A stretch of DNA of 64,000 nucleotides from Eledone cirrhosa (GCA_964016885.1 OZ024740.1:373984001-374048000); one strand, 5' to 3'; shown: positions 39,000 through 53,887, numbered from the stretch's first letter. Notes: generated from the letters alone by a model not told the origin. Program-made: numbers and translations.

Positions 39000-41100
39000 C
39001 GTTTCCCCTTCAACATCCTTCCCTGGGTAGTATTTTAGCTGCAACCTGCGGTTGTGTTGGCAAAATGATTGACACGAAAAATACATTGTATACCCGTCTC
39101 ATCTTGGGTTTCCTTCTTAGGGTGGTTTCATCGATGTCTGACGCCCCGAAAAAAAAAGCTGATTGAAAAATCTCGGTAATTGCTTACAGGACGTGATTCC
39201 AGTATTGTGGAAGAGGCGTTTTTTTGGAGGGTAACGAAGAACATCTCGTAGCATGCGGGATCTTAGATTGGGCTCTCCCGTCTGGGCGCTTGCTTTCACC
39301 ATAGTCAAAACAGAGAGCCTCCAGTCATGATAAAATGTTCGTTGAGGAAGAGGTCATCGAACTGAGTCATCAACAGCTGATAGGAGAAAGATGCCTAGCA
39401 GGTTAGAGATAATCATTCATTGGAATTCGATCCTGGTACAACATGAAATTCATTTGAAGTCATCCTAGTCATGTTGGTATTCTGCGCTCTTGGGCACTGG
39501 GGAGTAATAATCACGCAAAATGGCCAAGCGTCATATTGAGTCGTAGCCAAGTTCAGCCATGTTGCGAATTGAGTAATGTTTCCCGAGGCCGAGACGTCGC
39601 GCGCGAGGATGACAATGCAGATTCAACAGAGAAGAGATAATTTGGTGGGAGGCAAAGCAATTCCCGGCGAGGAGGAACACATGATGTGCATAGATGAGCC
39701 TGAATGTGTCTGTCATTAGCGCCAATTGATTGACTTTCAGGAAGTGTGTTATTGCTTAAAAGATGATCAAGTTATTAACATAAGCATTGCCCTTCGGAAT
39801 AAGACGTATCTCAGAACAAACAATGTTCTGCAACATAAAATGCCTGGCCGACAGCATTAAGGAAACACTTCATGACACACCAGTAGACGTGATAGACAAA
39901 AAGAAAAGAAAACCATAGTAAACTGATGACGTTTTCAATTGTGATTTGCTTTGAGATCTAAAGTTAACTGTTCAGGACTTAAGGCAGCAATACACCGCTG
40001 TGAAAAAATATGCCAAAAAAAAAATAATAATAAGGTAAGCCAAAGAGGAATGGATATCAGACTAAGGCAAACACATTGATTATGCAATAAAACAAGCACA
40101 ATAGGAAGGCCGAAATATAAATGCTTGATATATTCCTAAAACGTAGAAGACCAAATCGTACTGGCACTTATTTGTCAGAATATAAGGGACACGAAGGAGT
40201 GACTAGTGGAGTAGATCCAATCGTTGAGGATATATATTCCCAAGGAAAGCAACTTAAGTCTCTACAAGAATGTTCTAATTAGCCACCACAGTAAAGTGTA
40301 ATCAGTCTAATGGCGACAACGGTAATATGTAATCGGTCTAATTAGCCACCGCAGTAAAGTGTACTCCGTTTAATTAACCACCAGTATACTGTATAAATCC
40401 AATTAGTCATTACAATAAAGTGTAATCAGGCTAATTAACCACCTCTGTAGAGTCTAATTAGTGTAATTAGCAACCACAGTAAAATGCTTCTACAATTTCC
40501 TCTTAGCATATGTAATAGGAGGCGAAATAAATACTTGCATAATAACAAGCCGGGTTCAGATCTAAAAGGCATAAGGAAGCAGATATTAAACATCGTACTG
40601 CTAACCGAGAAACACCAATTCACGGATCTGACTTATATCAGGAATTCATTCAAAAATATAGTTGGCAGTCTTTACCTCGAGCTTTTGTGGCAGGCCCTGA
40701 AAAGTTGCAACTTCGAGATCAACCTCGGCCTTGTAATTCAGACACATTTGGAAAAGTGGAAAAGTGTTACAGATATACGGAAGCGAGCTAGGATCTGGTG
40801 AGTAGTCAGAAACGGAATACAGGACGGAATATCATGATTAACAAAGGGAACAATGGACTGAACAAATTCAAATAACTAGATACCACTTTTGACCACAAAC
40901 GCCAGATCATTAAGGGGCATTATGAGAAGACTCATCCTGGCCTCTTCTAAAATGACAAAGCTGATTAACATTTTGAAAAGCCTCTCAAATGTTATAGGTT
41001 TCTTATGATTTCGATTTTCGGAGTGCTGGACAGTTATTGCGGACATGGGATGAGGAATCCAGGCGTTTGAGCACAATTTCTCGAGAATGCTTCTACCGAT
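39000..41100 (+). mobile_element. Highly decayed LINE, probably RTE
   Basis: QAGFRSKR at about 40545 followed by a region resembling LLxEK...ELLWQAL. The upstream endonuclease-like part is very degenerate. Confidence 0.45.
40276..40483. repeat. Degenerate ~32-bp minisatellite, 6-7 units
   Basis: Consensus ctaattagccaccacagtaaagtgtaatcagt. Confidence 0.8.
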
Positions 41101-42342
41101 CTCGTATACAGTAGTCAAATCAGATTCTTTTAAGGGGGCTACTCCACAAATATGCTGTCAGATAGGGATCACCCCTTGCAATGGTGATTGAATGGAGACT
41201 CGCCTGGTATAGTAACATATTATCAACAACTTCATGTCTTGAAACATCCTTCAGGCAGGTGTAGAAGAGGCAGACCAAATGGTTCTGATACGTTGATACA
41301 AATGACTGGACAAATCACAACACTTCGAGCGCAACACTGTCAGGACAGAACAGTGACGATGGCTGACCGCGAAAGAGTCGGCAAAATAACGCGCGGCAAA
41401 ATAACGATTCGTTGCTGTAGATTTAGGATTGATGAAGGTATTACTTGGCATAATTCAGACTTTTTCCAGCTTGACAATATCGGTCCTAATCCTGATGAAT
41501 TCAACGTGGTAATTAAGTTATCCTATGCCCTGGGAGAAAGAAGATGGCAATGCACTTTTGTTTGTGGAAAATACAAATAGAAATTTGGAGAAGAATATAA
41601 TAGAGATCCTTGCCAATACATATATTTTCAGTACAATATTTCAACAAACTAGCAATTTAATGGGAGGGTTTTGGGGTTTTAAAATGTTAAAACCCCAAAA
41701 CCTGATCTTACTTATGTATATTTTAAAAACCGAAATGATGAAAGTAAATTTACCTTGGTAGGTTTTAAACAGTGCGTAGAGAGCCAAAACGAACATTGCA
41801 GAGCATTCTAATCTAAATATCTAAGGACCCTGGAAATTCATCGCCATTATCAATATATAATTATATTGTCTTTTTCTGTGTGTGAGCCTGCTAGGTCATC
41901 TGGTATTTGGAAAATTAATATTATACTTAACGTCTAAATAAAGTAAACCCAAAATACAAGTATGTCATTAACAAACTCGTATTCTGTTCTTCAAATGAAA
42001 GCGAATTCGCCTTTCAATGACAAACGTGCTGCTATATGGCATGCACCTAAAATTGGAAATACAGGACTACTTGAATGTCTGCAAATGCAATCAATTCTAA
42101 ATTCGATACGGCTTTTAGTTTCATCGAAATGTGTTATAGGTTGACATGTTGTAGAGAATAAATGCCGTATTATTAATCAAAGAAACTTCGAGTCAAAATA
42201 TGTCAGTGCAAATGTGTATCATTTGCATGACAAAAGTCGTTTCACTTTTCATATATATCCATAGATACATTATGCAACTCACGCATACTCTTTTACACAT
42301 ACATTAGCCGAAAACTGATCAGGTGGAGTTATTTCTAATATA

Positions 42343-42452
42343 AAATCCCGCCGAGGTTGACTTTGCCTTTCATCCTTACGGGGTCGATAAAATAAAGTAC
42401 CAGTAATGCACTGGGTAATTGCTGGCCTTGTGCCTAAAGTAGAAACAGTTAT
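42343..42452 (+). mobile_element. 5'-truncated SINE
   Basis: aaatcccgccgaggtt...gctggccttgtgcctaaagtagaaac, flanked by the direct repeat agttatttctaatataaaa (42327 and 42448), which looks like a target-site duplication. Confidence 0.8.
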
Positions 42453-43203
42453 TTCTAATATAAAAGCAAAGAATTTTTATTTTTTTTAATTTTGCATCCC
42501 TATAATGGTTTTTTTCGTCTCAATAGGTATATTTTTGGGCCTGCAATTTGAAATAGAAAAAAATCATTAATTCTGTGTATTTTATTGTTTGTCGATTTTT
42601 TTAAATATTGAATATTTGTTGCTTTCAGATAGTTTGTTGCTTTCGGATAGATCGAAATATTGGTGTACGGTGTATATTTTATTTACAATATATATACTTC
42701 AGACTTTTATGCTTAGCGATATCACGTAATTATTTTACTTGAATATTTATTTATTCATGAAATTAATTTATATATATATTTCCCTTTATTTTATCCGTTT
42801 TGTCTCAGTTTGCCTTTTTCTTTCTGATTGCGTGAAATGTTTTTGGCACGTCTATGAATATGCAAAATGTCATTAAAAGATATTGGAATAAATTATCCTC
42901 CGTATGTTTGATCTATCTTCCGGGGCAACTAACAACATTAATAAATTGGATATGGCTAATTGTTTGGTGGTATTTGCCAAGTTATTAAAAGTGTCCATTT
43001 TATGTCCATTTTATGTTACAAGGTATTTCTTATTTACAGCTGATTCGTGGTGAGCTAAATAGCATCTCGTAAATTAAGCCGCTGCTTGGCAATAGATTAT
43101 TACATTACCACTATTGAAGATGGCACACAATCAAAAAATTACCAAACACAATTGATCTCTGAGTGTACAATATATATATATATACACACAGATATATATA
43201 TAT

Positions 43204-43257
<54 letters not shown>

Positions 43258-43258
<1 letters not shown>

Positions 43259-43622
43259 GTGGATGGGTGCTACACGAGAATGCTGAGGATGGCTCTGAAC
43301 ATTAATCAGTATACACTGAGGATGAAAAACTCAGAGCTGTATGGGAGCATCCCAAAAGTCAGCTCAAAAGTGACACAGAGGAGACTGAGGTTGGCTGGAC
43401 ATGCTCACCGACATCCAGAGTTGACATTGCACTCAGTGCTCCTTTGGGAGCCCCTACATGGACACACTAGAAGAGGAAGACCAAGGTTAACATATGTTGA
43501 TGCCCTAAGGACAGACACTGGTCTGTTGGAGATGCAGGATATGGCAGCGTAATGAGGGACAGAGACCGCTGGAGAGAACTCGTCCATGGATCTCGGGAAT
43601 TTTACCCGCCTTAGATAGATAG
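43258..43622 (+). mobile_element. RTE-clade LINE 3' fragment with (TAGA)n tail
   Basis: DGCYTRMLRMALNI...KNSELYG...[12 protein letters not shown]...[21 protein letters not shown]. Confidence 0.88.
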
Positions 43623-43786
43623 ATATATATATATATATATATACATACAAATATAAGAATACACACAAGGGCACGCACTTATTATACGTACATACATATA
43701 TATAAAAGTATATATTTATATGTATATGTATATATATATTTATACATACATATAATATATATATGTATATATCTATATATATATAC

Positions 43787-43848
<62 letters not shown>

Positions 43849-44200
43849 TGTGTATTTGAATTTCCTATTTCAAAATAAATACGGTATGTTTATAAATAAA
43901 CATTTAGAAAGCCATATATATGAAAGAGTGTGGCAGATAACGAAACACATCGGTGCTAGAAAACTATATATTTTTGCCTGTTTTACAAAGTCCGGCAGTT
44001 GCAAGAGCGTGAGTGATCGTCCTAACGAGGAACAGTTGAGTTCAAAATGCATCGACGATTCTCCCCCTTGATTCTGCCCAGCACCTCTGTGTTGCGTTAG
44101 CTGCCAGCGTCTTTCAGAGCTATGCCTTTCTAAATGTTTACTTATAAACAGAGCGTATTTCTTTAGAAATATGAAATTCTAACTCTATTATATATATATA

Positions 44201-44900
44201 ATAGCAGCTGAACCCGGTTGCACCCGGGGCCACTTTTTATTAAGTTAATAATTTAAAAAATATTATTGAAAGTTTATTATAAAGAAGCAGTTTCAGGAAA
44301 AAATACAGAATGCACTTGGGGCTGGACGGCGTACAATGAGAAGTGGAGGGACGTGAAAAGCGTTGTTTATTAACAGCGAAAACAATATCGATGATATGCA
44401 ATTTGAAAAATACTACTTACTGTTAGTGGTGGTTAACATGTATTAGAATTAAAATAAAAACACGCGTCCCCTCTTCGTAATTTGAGGGTTTATATTTCTT
44501 TTGATGGAAAACAGGGACCGTACTGCAGAATCGATTTCATAAAACGGTACCGTATGATCGTTAAATGTAGAAGGATGATAGTTTATTAACAGTGAAATAG
44601 CAATGTCGATGATATGCAAGTTAAACACGCATATTATGAAGGTTTGTATGATAGTTTACACTTTTTCCTGAAACTGCTTCTTTATAATAAACTTTCAATA
44701 ATATTTTTCAAATTATTGCTACTGTATGTTAACAGCGAAAGAACGTTGATGAGTTTAAAAATGTGTATGAAATTGTAAATAACTCAGCCAAGTATTAGAA
44801 CAGGGGGAAATAACTCCCCGAACGCGATAGTAAATAGACCGTTTGGGGGCCCTACGGACCACACTTTTCAAGTTAGAGATTTGAACCCTCGTCTATTTGC
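44201..44900 (-). mobile_element. Helitron-like non-autonomous element
   Basis: Minus-strand end cccgg gtgcaa ccggg hairpin then gctgCTAT. Internal ~40-bp inverted repeat at 44263-44302 and 44662-44701. Confidence 0.5.
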
Positions 44901-45016
44901 TTTCTTCGCAGGTTTACATAGGTGTGTACATTTCCATGTCCGTCCGACTACGTCTACTAACATTTAACCGTGCACATCTGAATTTCAACCACCACACATT
45001 TCACAAATATATATTT

Positions 45017-45087
<71 letters not shown>

Positions 45088-46173
45088 TGTATGGGGGGTG
45101 GTATGTGTGTGTGCGTGTATGTGTATGTGTGCATGCGTGTCTGTGTCTGTGTGCGTGTGTATATGTTCGTCTATGTTATCATTATTAACATTATTATTAT
45201 TATTATTATGAAATGTTTCTTCACGTAGCTGTTAGCTACCAAATGTTTTAAAGCCTACGCCGGCATGGGTATGTGTTCGTCTTCTTATGTTTATGTGCAC
45301 ATTATTCATATAACCCGTTTCTAAACCACTGCTATATGTATATTTCAGAGGTGTATGTGTTGTTCTTTTGTGTGAATGTGTGTGTGAGTGTCTGTGCATG
45401 TATTTATGTGTATATTATTTAAATAACCTATTCGTTTTAACCATAAATACATGCAATGTGATATGTGTATGGTGGTGAGAACAATTGAGTGGATTAAGGA
45501 TTGTGAAAAATGGTTGGGATTGTGTCTCTAAGCTTTTACCTTTCTTTGCTGAATAGAGATATGTTTGGGTCTCCGATATATTTTTCATTTTTGTGTTTTG
45601 GTAATTATCATAGTATTTGAAACCCAGTAATATCTTTGAATTTAAATTGAGGCACATTTACCATTGCTTAGTTCCTCTCAAATAACGGAATGCCATGTTC
45701 TGGATATTCTATTTAATCGTGTATGGTACCCAATTATCATTCAGTTTACATATTCGTTTTGCCAGTGCCGTGTTCGTCCCCATTTTCTGGTATTTGAAAA
45801 TCCTTATTTGAGAATAGTACCGTAAATCAAACGGTTTTCTGTCCTACCCAATTATAATTCATGGCTCACTCTATGATCGTTTCAAACTGGTGTGATGCTG
45901 GCTTTTTACACAAACAATATAACATTGCATGTTTGTTCTTGTAACTTTCATAGTGACTTTAAACAACTGACTGTTGGATTATGTTCTATAAGTATGGTCA
46001 GGGAGAAATTATTTGTCTAGATACCACAATTTTTGCATGTGATAGTCTTCACTTAAGGGATATAAAGGAGTGTAAATTATATTTAGTTTCCTATTTTCAC
46101 ATTTGTTTCAAATGATGGCGTTGAGTATGTATTTCATTTTATCTATGATGTCGCTATCTGCAATTGCTATAGC

Positions 46174-46218
<45 letters not shown>

Positions 46219-46287
46219 AAAAAGAGATGAAATCGAAAATGCAACTGAAGTCTTATTTTTTTTTTAAATATATATATTTATTTGGTT

Positions 46288-46325
46288 CCTTTACCGGTTT
46301 CGCAGTTCTTCTGCTTTTCAAAAGG
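46288..46325 (-). ncRNA. Type I hammerhead, U3-A8 variant (family C), best copy
   Basis: CCUU-UUGAAAA-GCAG aagaa CUGC-GAA-ACCGGU-A-AAGG. All helices pair. Confidence 0.78.
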
Positions 46326-46369
46326 TGAGTTGAGATGGAGGGTCTGTGGTTTTTCTCACATCTCACATA

Positions 46370-46442
<73 letters not shown>

Positions 46443-47944
46443 GTGTGTGTATATGTGTGTTTAGGCTCCTTATGCTCAAGTTGCTTGTGTCTGTGTGTGT
46501 CCCTAGGGAACGATATGTTTTCAACCCGTCAGTGATTTGGATAACGTACTCTCTCTCTCTCTATATATATATATACATATATATATATAGGGGGGGGGGG
46601 GTATGTGAGTGCGTGTGTGTCAGTGTAAGTTTGGGAATATGCTTGTATATATATATATATGATTTCATAAACATATACCTTAATAAAGATAAGAATATTG
46701 GAGTCATTAATGCTGTAATGTCTGAACCAAGTTACCGAATTTTGACGACTTGAACCCGTTTCATCACACGTCTGCTCCATGTAGTTAACAGAAGAATGTG
46801 TGTCCTTGTATTTGTGTTCATATAGGTGCGTACGTACGTGCACGCGCCTGGGAAGATATTTAATTGTGAATATCCTTAGAGTTTTGTATGGTTTTCTGTG
46901 TATTTTTATATGCGCAGTGTTATCGATTTTGATTTTTGGCATTAATAATAATTGTGAGAAAATTGTATGCGATGGTATTATTTCCTCTTCTCTTATAGCG
47001 ATAGTCTACAAATATCATCCAACGATATGGGACTACTTCTACTGTTTTACTGGAACCTTTGGTTCAATTGATAATATTAATATTTTGCTCATATCGAAGT
47101 ATAGTTTGGTTATTTCTATCTAGATAATGATTATATTTGCTCAGACATATTGTCTACTACACAATTATGTTTCTGCAAGGGTCAAAAATTTTAACAAAAT
47201 GATTTTATTCTCTTCCACAACATTTCTTTGAATCAAACTAGATTCTCTCCTCGTTGCATTAATATTTGATCTTCGCCTGCTACTCTAATCGTTTGAGCTA
47301 GCACAGGGGTAATACCAACTAATGTCCAGATATATGGCTACTGGTAATATGTAAACCTCACACGCTTGTTTTTTTTATTATTAATTTCTATATGTTTACG
47401 CCGGTATTAATGTTTAAATTTAAGGCATTGTTTTCTTTTCAAATAAGGCACTAATCCTCCTGAATCATCTGTTCTGGATTGATTAGTATTTTTATTAAAG
47501 CTAGGAACATTTGATACTTAAGAGCTAGACAAGTATGACAAAATAAACAACGACTGTGGCTTCCTGCTTAACGGGAATATCCAACACAGTCGTAGGTATC
47601 AGTCTTAAAAGTAATCTATATCTAAATAGTCTGATCACAATTTCTACCAATCTCTGAAGCTCACGTTTTTTTTCTGTAATTTAATCAATGAGACTCATTT
47701 TGCGTTGCATTTATTCATGCATAAAAAGCAATCAGCAACAAAACGAATCCAAATATATAAATGGGGAAAACATAAGTTCCCAATTTCCCGAAATTAAAAG
47801 GCTTCGATCAAAATTTTCTAGATATCCTCAGACTTATTATGTAATTGAAATTTTGCTGATTAAACATTTGCTAATTGAACTATGGGTAATAAAACACATG
47901 GTAACATCCTAGGCGTAAACACATCGGCGCACACACAAATACAC

Positions 47945-47995
<51 letters not shown>

Positions 47996-48132
47996 TGTAT
48001 ATATATTTGTAAATATATATATATATATATACATATATCATAAATCATAAATCATGTCCTTAGAATTAACATATATATATCTATAACTTTATGTATGTGT
48101 AAACCTTTATATATATACATATATATATATAC

Positions 48133-48214
<82 letters not shown>

Positions 48215-48217
<3 letters not shown>

Positions 48218-48408
48218 ACGAAGTAAGTGTGGTAAGGAACCAGGTGGACCATCATGCACCTAAATAATCGATACTTTGGGTAGTAGAGTGGGTAACAGGA
48301 AATTAGACAAGACCCCGACGGTAGAGATCAAACCATTTCCACGACTATTTCTGGACTAAATAGCTTTCGAAACGGTTTGAGCTCTGCCGACGGGGTCCTG
48401 AATATTTT

Positions 48409-48411
<3 letters not shown>
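48215..48411. mobile_element. Second copy of the 14437-14628 hairpin element
   Basis: tgtggtaaggaaccagg.ggaccat...gaccccgacgg...ccgacggggtcc, flanked by (TA)n. Confidence 0.75.
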
Positions 48412-48482
<71 letters not shown>

Positions 48483-48489
48483 GCATAGT

Positions 48490-48885
48490 ATAGATTTAAA
48501 CGCATCTGACTTGAAACGACTGCATTTCAAATGACAAGCTACAGGCTTGTACTTAGGATAAGCTGGAGAGCTCACATAACAAATACATATTTCCTGGATG
48601 ATGCTAATCGACAGTTGGTTGAAACACTAAGGAAAAGGAAGCTTCTATATTCTGGTTATATCAACAGGCCCCAATTTTACACTACCCACATCATTGAAGG
48701 CTGAATACAGGGAAAAAAGGTCAGGAGAGGCCAAATAATGAGATGGACAGACGATATTAACGCAGGGGCTGGAAAGTGTTTCGCAGAATAGACGGCAATG
48801 TCAAGCAACAGGGAAATGTGGAGAGCGCTGTTCCATAATTCCATGACACCGACTTTGAGACATGAGGATGGGATGAGAATGGAAG
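48490..48885 (+). mobile_element. Decayed RTE-type 3' fragment
   Basis: IIEG.IQGK..R.RP..RWTDDI-like reading and the REMWRAL terminus. Confidence 0.55.
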
Positions 48886-49367
48886 AAGAATATATATACG
48901 AGGTATGTGTGTATGTGTGTGTATATGCGTGTGTGTGTTTCTGTATGCGTGCGTATGTGTGTGTGTGGGGGGGGGGGGTCTACGTGTGTGTGTGTATTTG
49001 TGTGTGTGCGTGCGTGTGTTCAGTCGAATTTATTAAGGTAAAAACAGGAGTAAGCAGAAGAAATGTCTCAACATTCGCAGCTTGTATTACGAAGTTGATT
49101 CAGTATAATAATAACATTAAGAAAGATGCTGATGCACAGGAGAAGGACTTGCGCTTTTCCTGAAAATCCGATTGGCATATCAGCCAATCGGATTTCTCAT
49201 CTGACGTTACCATATTCATAACAACAACAAATGTATAAATTTTATCAAGTATTGCATAAGAGAACTGTTGAAATAAATATTATAAATAAACGATTTATGT
49301 GATAGCAGCATATGTAGATCTTAATGTAATTCTTATACACACACACACACACACATATGTATGTATA

Positions 49368-49430
<63 letters not shown>

Positions 49431-49689
49431 ATGTGTGTGTATGTGCGTGTGTGCGTGTTTGCGTGTGTGTATGTATGCGTGCGTGCGTGCGTGTATGTAT
49501 GCACGCATGTATATGTATGCACTAATCTAACTAATGATGTATATAACTATGTACCTACGTATATCTTCCAGAAACCTGCTAATAATATGCCAAAGCTTGC
49601 AGTGATCAATAACGTATTTTCTATGATTAATCGGTTGATCAGAAGCAATTATTTATTTTTATATTTATCTTGTATATACTACAAATAAT

Positions 49690-50720
49690 GCCACCGGGCA
49701 CGTTTTGTGTTACTTTATCTTCATTTTCTAACCGGTCAGCTTTACAATTAAGGGCAAGGCAGATATAACCTCTAAGTAAACAACAAGAGCCCATTGGGAG
49801 CTACACCTCCGGATTTTTGTGAAACACTACCACTACATTTGGCTCATACAAACATCCTCAAGAACAACTTCATGCATTTCAAAATCAATATAGAAGATCG
49901 GGTGAAGTCGTTTGAGTTCGATGGGGGAATAAAAATATTCAATATAATATCTGCATTTCTTAAGACCTATGTAGGTGACACAGCATGCGTACACGGGAGG
50001 TTAATAACATAGATCAAGAGACTGATGAGCAGAGCCCAAAATGATCGCTGCGCAGAAGCCAATACTTAGCTCTCTCAATAGAAAGTTACAGGAGAGTCCT
50101 AAGGATTTCCGCGCTTGAAAACAGAGAAAACAAAAGCTTGTTGCAGCTGATGAGCCCGAGTGAAAGGCTACAGCTAAGAAGATTCTGGTGAGGACGGAAA
50201 ACAACCGAAATTTCCTGAATTCTATGTGGACTTCTGACGAAACTCACATTCACTTAGACAAGAAAATCACTTTGAGAGAAAGATTCTAGCAAGATGAAAC
50301 ATTCTATCGAACCTCCAGTACGTCGCGAAAATTGCTGGAAAATAACATTACATATAGTGTGATCACTTTGAAGAATAATTTTGTGTTGACCCCACAAATC
50401 CGTGATTTAAGGCCACCGGATTTCTCTCTTTTGGGGTTGTCTGAAGGATAGAGTGTATGTCAACAAAACCAAGACCTTCACTTATCTAAAGAAAAACGAC
50501 TTGGAAGTGATCAAGGACCTTCCCATGTCTGTTTCTAAAGACGCTCTGCTAATATACACAATGCGTCTCAAAAAGGCAAGGTTTCACTTGGAACAGGCAA
50601 ATTAACTCTAGACAGAAACATCAGTTTTCTTGTTAATTAATGATGTCTACAATTTCCATATATAATTAATTCTTATTTGAATACCAGCGTAGGTAACAAG
50701 TATGAGTGGGACAATTATAC
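49690..50720 (+). mobile_element. Decayed Tc1/mariner-superfamily transposon
   Basis: MWTSDETHIHL at 50224 and (W)PHKS.DLRPPDFSL.WGCLKDRVYVNK at about 50387-50470, with frameshifts. Confidence 0.75.
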
Positions 50721-50801
50721 AGAATCAAATGGTTCAATGAAATAATATCCCGAGATCGAAAAGTTATGAGGTTCCAAAAATATATCTCCTCCACTCAAAC
50801 G

Positions 50802-50834
<33 letters not shown>

Positions 50835-50863
50835 GACACACGCACACGCATACACACACGCAT

Positions 50864-50894
<31 letters not shown>

Positions 50895-50899
50895 GTAGT

Positions 50900-51480
50900 T
50901 TTCCATAGTGACGGTGACCAAGGCGCTTCTCACCACCTTCATCTCCTCCACATCATCAAAGCGGTTACTCTTGAACATTCCCTTCTCAAGGGGCTGTGTT
51001 TGGACAGTAGGGAGAATGAGGGACAGTCATAATCCTCACATCGCTCATGCAGTTTGTCGCCAGGATTGATTTGTGTGCAGGTGTCACTGACTAGGCTTGA
51101 AGAATTCTAGAGTTTGCGAAAAAATTATTTTCTGAATTACCTCAAAACCTGTACATTGTATTCTTTGTTGACTTCCTGGTCATATTCTGTGAATATAGAT
51201 AAAGCCCTTGCTGTCTAAGAATAGGAACATCATAAGATTCCCAGTGGACATGCTTTGCTTGGCCTTCTTGGGTTTTGTGGGCTCAGAATGAATCAACGGG
51301 TCAGCTTGCCTCTTGGTATCTGGATTATAACATTATGCCCAACTCTCTTCGCCGTTTACAAGAGACACAAGGAAACTTGCATTCAGATCGTCTTGAATGA
51401 CTTTGTGCAGAGCACGTTCATGAAAATCAAATTGTCTAGGAATCAGCAGTGCTGACTATTTCATGGTTTTCTGCAGTGTT
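50900..51480 (-). mobile_element. Decayed mariner transposase
   Basis: Minus strand LVNGEESW..YNPDTKRQ...KPKKAKQSMS...FLDSKG...VNKEY...VPHSPYCPNTAP...RFDDVEEMK, matching TGDETW and HPPYSPDLAP-type motifs. Confidence 0.75.
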
Positions 51481-53670
51481 CTTGCCGAGCTTCAGAAAAC
51501 GTTAATGTATATCGAGCCTCCAAGTTGACTTCACATCCTGCCTGCATTCTGGAACCGGTCACATGTGACAGGTCATATATAATGGATAGTATGTAAAGTG
51601 CTGGAAATGAACGATTTAACATGTTAGCTTATTATAACCATATCAAGAATGTATTAGAGTGACTGCTACGTAGGTCAATTAAAAGAGCCGGGAAACAAAT
51701 AAATATCAAAACGTCTTAGGTCTATCTTGTATGTATGCGTGTCTTTAAATCAATAGTCATCTTGTATATTGCTTGCCACTTCAATAGATATCCAACTATT
51801 CAACTGAAACATATCTCATACTTTTAATATCGTATTCAGCAGAGCACAGGGCTAGACGTCGTTTGTTTTTATATGTTCACACGTGTACAAATATTTGATT
51901 TGCATTTTTCTAATCTATCCCAAGCATTCTGCGATTTTAAAATGGTGTTCCCGTACTGTGTATAAGATAGTGAATTCTGTTCGGCTCACTTGGTAAGTAA
52001 AATCAAATGAAATTATAGACTATTCACTACCGAAATATGAAACCCGAGAGAGTAAAAGCATTGTTAAAAAACACAATTATTTTAAAACCAATTAAAAGCA
52101 CTTAGAATAGGCAACACCATAGTTTACTCATACGTTAAAATATAATTACATTTAATCACTCGTACATGAGTGCTGCATTAACAGATGAGACGATGTTTTC
52201 CTAAAACGTTTGTAATTTTTTTTATTTTTAGCTTTTACTTTAAATTAAGGTTTATATTGAAAGATGACATAATAATGTTCTTCTAGAATTATTTTAATAT
52301 AGCAGCATGGAATGTGATACTAAATACAAAATTGGGTGTATAAAAGCGATGAGGTAACGTATCAATTAAACATTTTTTCGTTTATTAAATTGGTTTGTTC
52401 AAAGTTTCAACAGAGTTTATTGCTGATTACGCGATACCATACTACTCTCACTTTGTATGCAATTCTCTTAAATGGGTTGTTGAGACAATCAGTATTAGTA
52501 TATAGAATTGTAATGTGAGATTTCTTTTTCTAAACAGAAATAATTGAATTATTTTCTCTTCGTAAGTATATAAAAACTAATCATTTATGAAAGTATGTTT
52601 TTTGTCATTACAGTTTGTTATATTACATTTTTTCATTGTTATTTTTTTTATATTTTCATCTAAAAGAAATCAAACAACAAAAATGATCTACGAACCCGAA
52701 TTAATAATATAATTAATATTGCAAATATAATTAATTGATATTTGTTTTGCAATTGCTTAAATTTACGCTCCTGATCAGACACCAATTTCCATCTTCATAC
52801 GGAATGTTATAAGTGGTGTTGCTCAAATACCGGACGCGAGGGATTAAATAATACATTGCAGCCTAAATAAATTAGGTTGGTAAAAGGTGTTTTCTAATTA
52901 GAAAGAAAAATATTATTTTCTTCTTTTTTTTTCTTTTTCTTTTCTATATTGTTCATTAATTTCGCAAACACGCTTATATGTAAAAACATATATAATAAAA
53001 AAACAAACTGGGCTGAAATAATACAACAGATTTTACATTATGAGAACAATATTGATTTTCGACATATGCACACCTCCGTATATTGTGTGGGAGAGGTTTA
53101 GTCAGTTATATTAAATCTGCACATTAACGTCACATTATTGTCTCTGAAAGGAAAAAAACAAGAAACATCTCAATGAGATTTGAAATCAGTATTTTAAAGG
53201 AATTAATTAAATGCCTTATACTGTTTGGCACGTTTTACGTGGCACTTTAACATATCTACAACTTCATAGTTCTCACTAACCACTCAAATAATTCATCCGA
53301 CAAAATATTCTAACGTTAACACATATTCGCTTATAGAGATTTTAGTGAGAGTGGATGAAATTAAACCCATAACCCATTTTATGAAAACTTGAATAAAGAA
53401 CATGAAAAGACACGTTTGAAATTAAACTTGTTAACCAACGTACATGCACACAGTAATCTAATGTTGCTGTCTAATAAGCCCCACATTTCAATGTAACCAA
53501 ATAATATGGAGCCACATTGTATGTCATCGATCAGTTGACTTTTTAACTCAGAACTTATCAAAATGACGATTAAAATATTCACTGAAGCTCCACCTCTAGA
53601 GCCGTCAAGGGCATATTAAATCCAAGTCGTCTAACATAATAACAGCACGTATTCATAAGTAAATAAATAA

Positions 53671-53732
<62 letters not shown>

Positions 53733-53832
53733 GTATTTTGAGTTTATGTCTGTTTGAACTGGGCGTATCAGAGTATTGACAATATTATACACCTAAACAA
53801 CATATGTACTTGTCTATACCATACTAATTCAA

Positions 53833-53887
53833 ACTGCCTGAAGAGGTCACAGCCAAAGATGGCTGTCACTGAAATATATATAGCAGT
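53833..53887 (+). ncRNA. Type I hammerhead ribozyme (family G)
   Basis: ACUGC-CUGAAGA-GGUcACAGCCA aaga UGGCUGUcACU-GAA-AUAUAUAU-A-GCAGU, then AATAAA. It lies in a ~200-bp element between (TA)n tracts. Confidence 0.85.

Noticed and set aside
40276-40483. CRISPR-like 32-bp repeats
   Set aside because: The units are contiguous and degenerate with no spacers, so this is a minisatellite.
41188-41580. 130-aa ORF as a host gene
   Set aside because: No recognisable domain. It lies next to a decayed LINE and contains an RGRP stretch typical of LINE 3' ends.
45400-47900. Possible decayed PLE RT or GIY-YIG relics on the minus strand
   Set aside because: No unambiguous motif can be read by eye. It needs a translated HMM search.
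50143-50176. CUGAUGA...GAAA hammerhead-like string
   Set aside because: Helix I does not pair, helix II is only 2 bp, and it lies inside a transposase relic. Likely chance.
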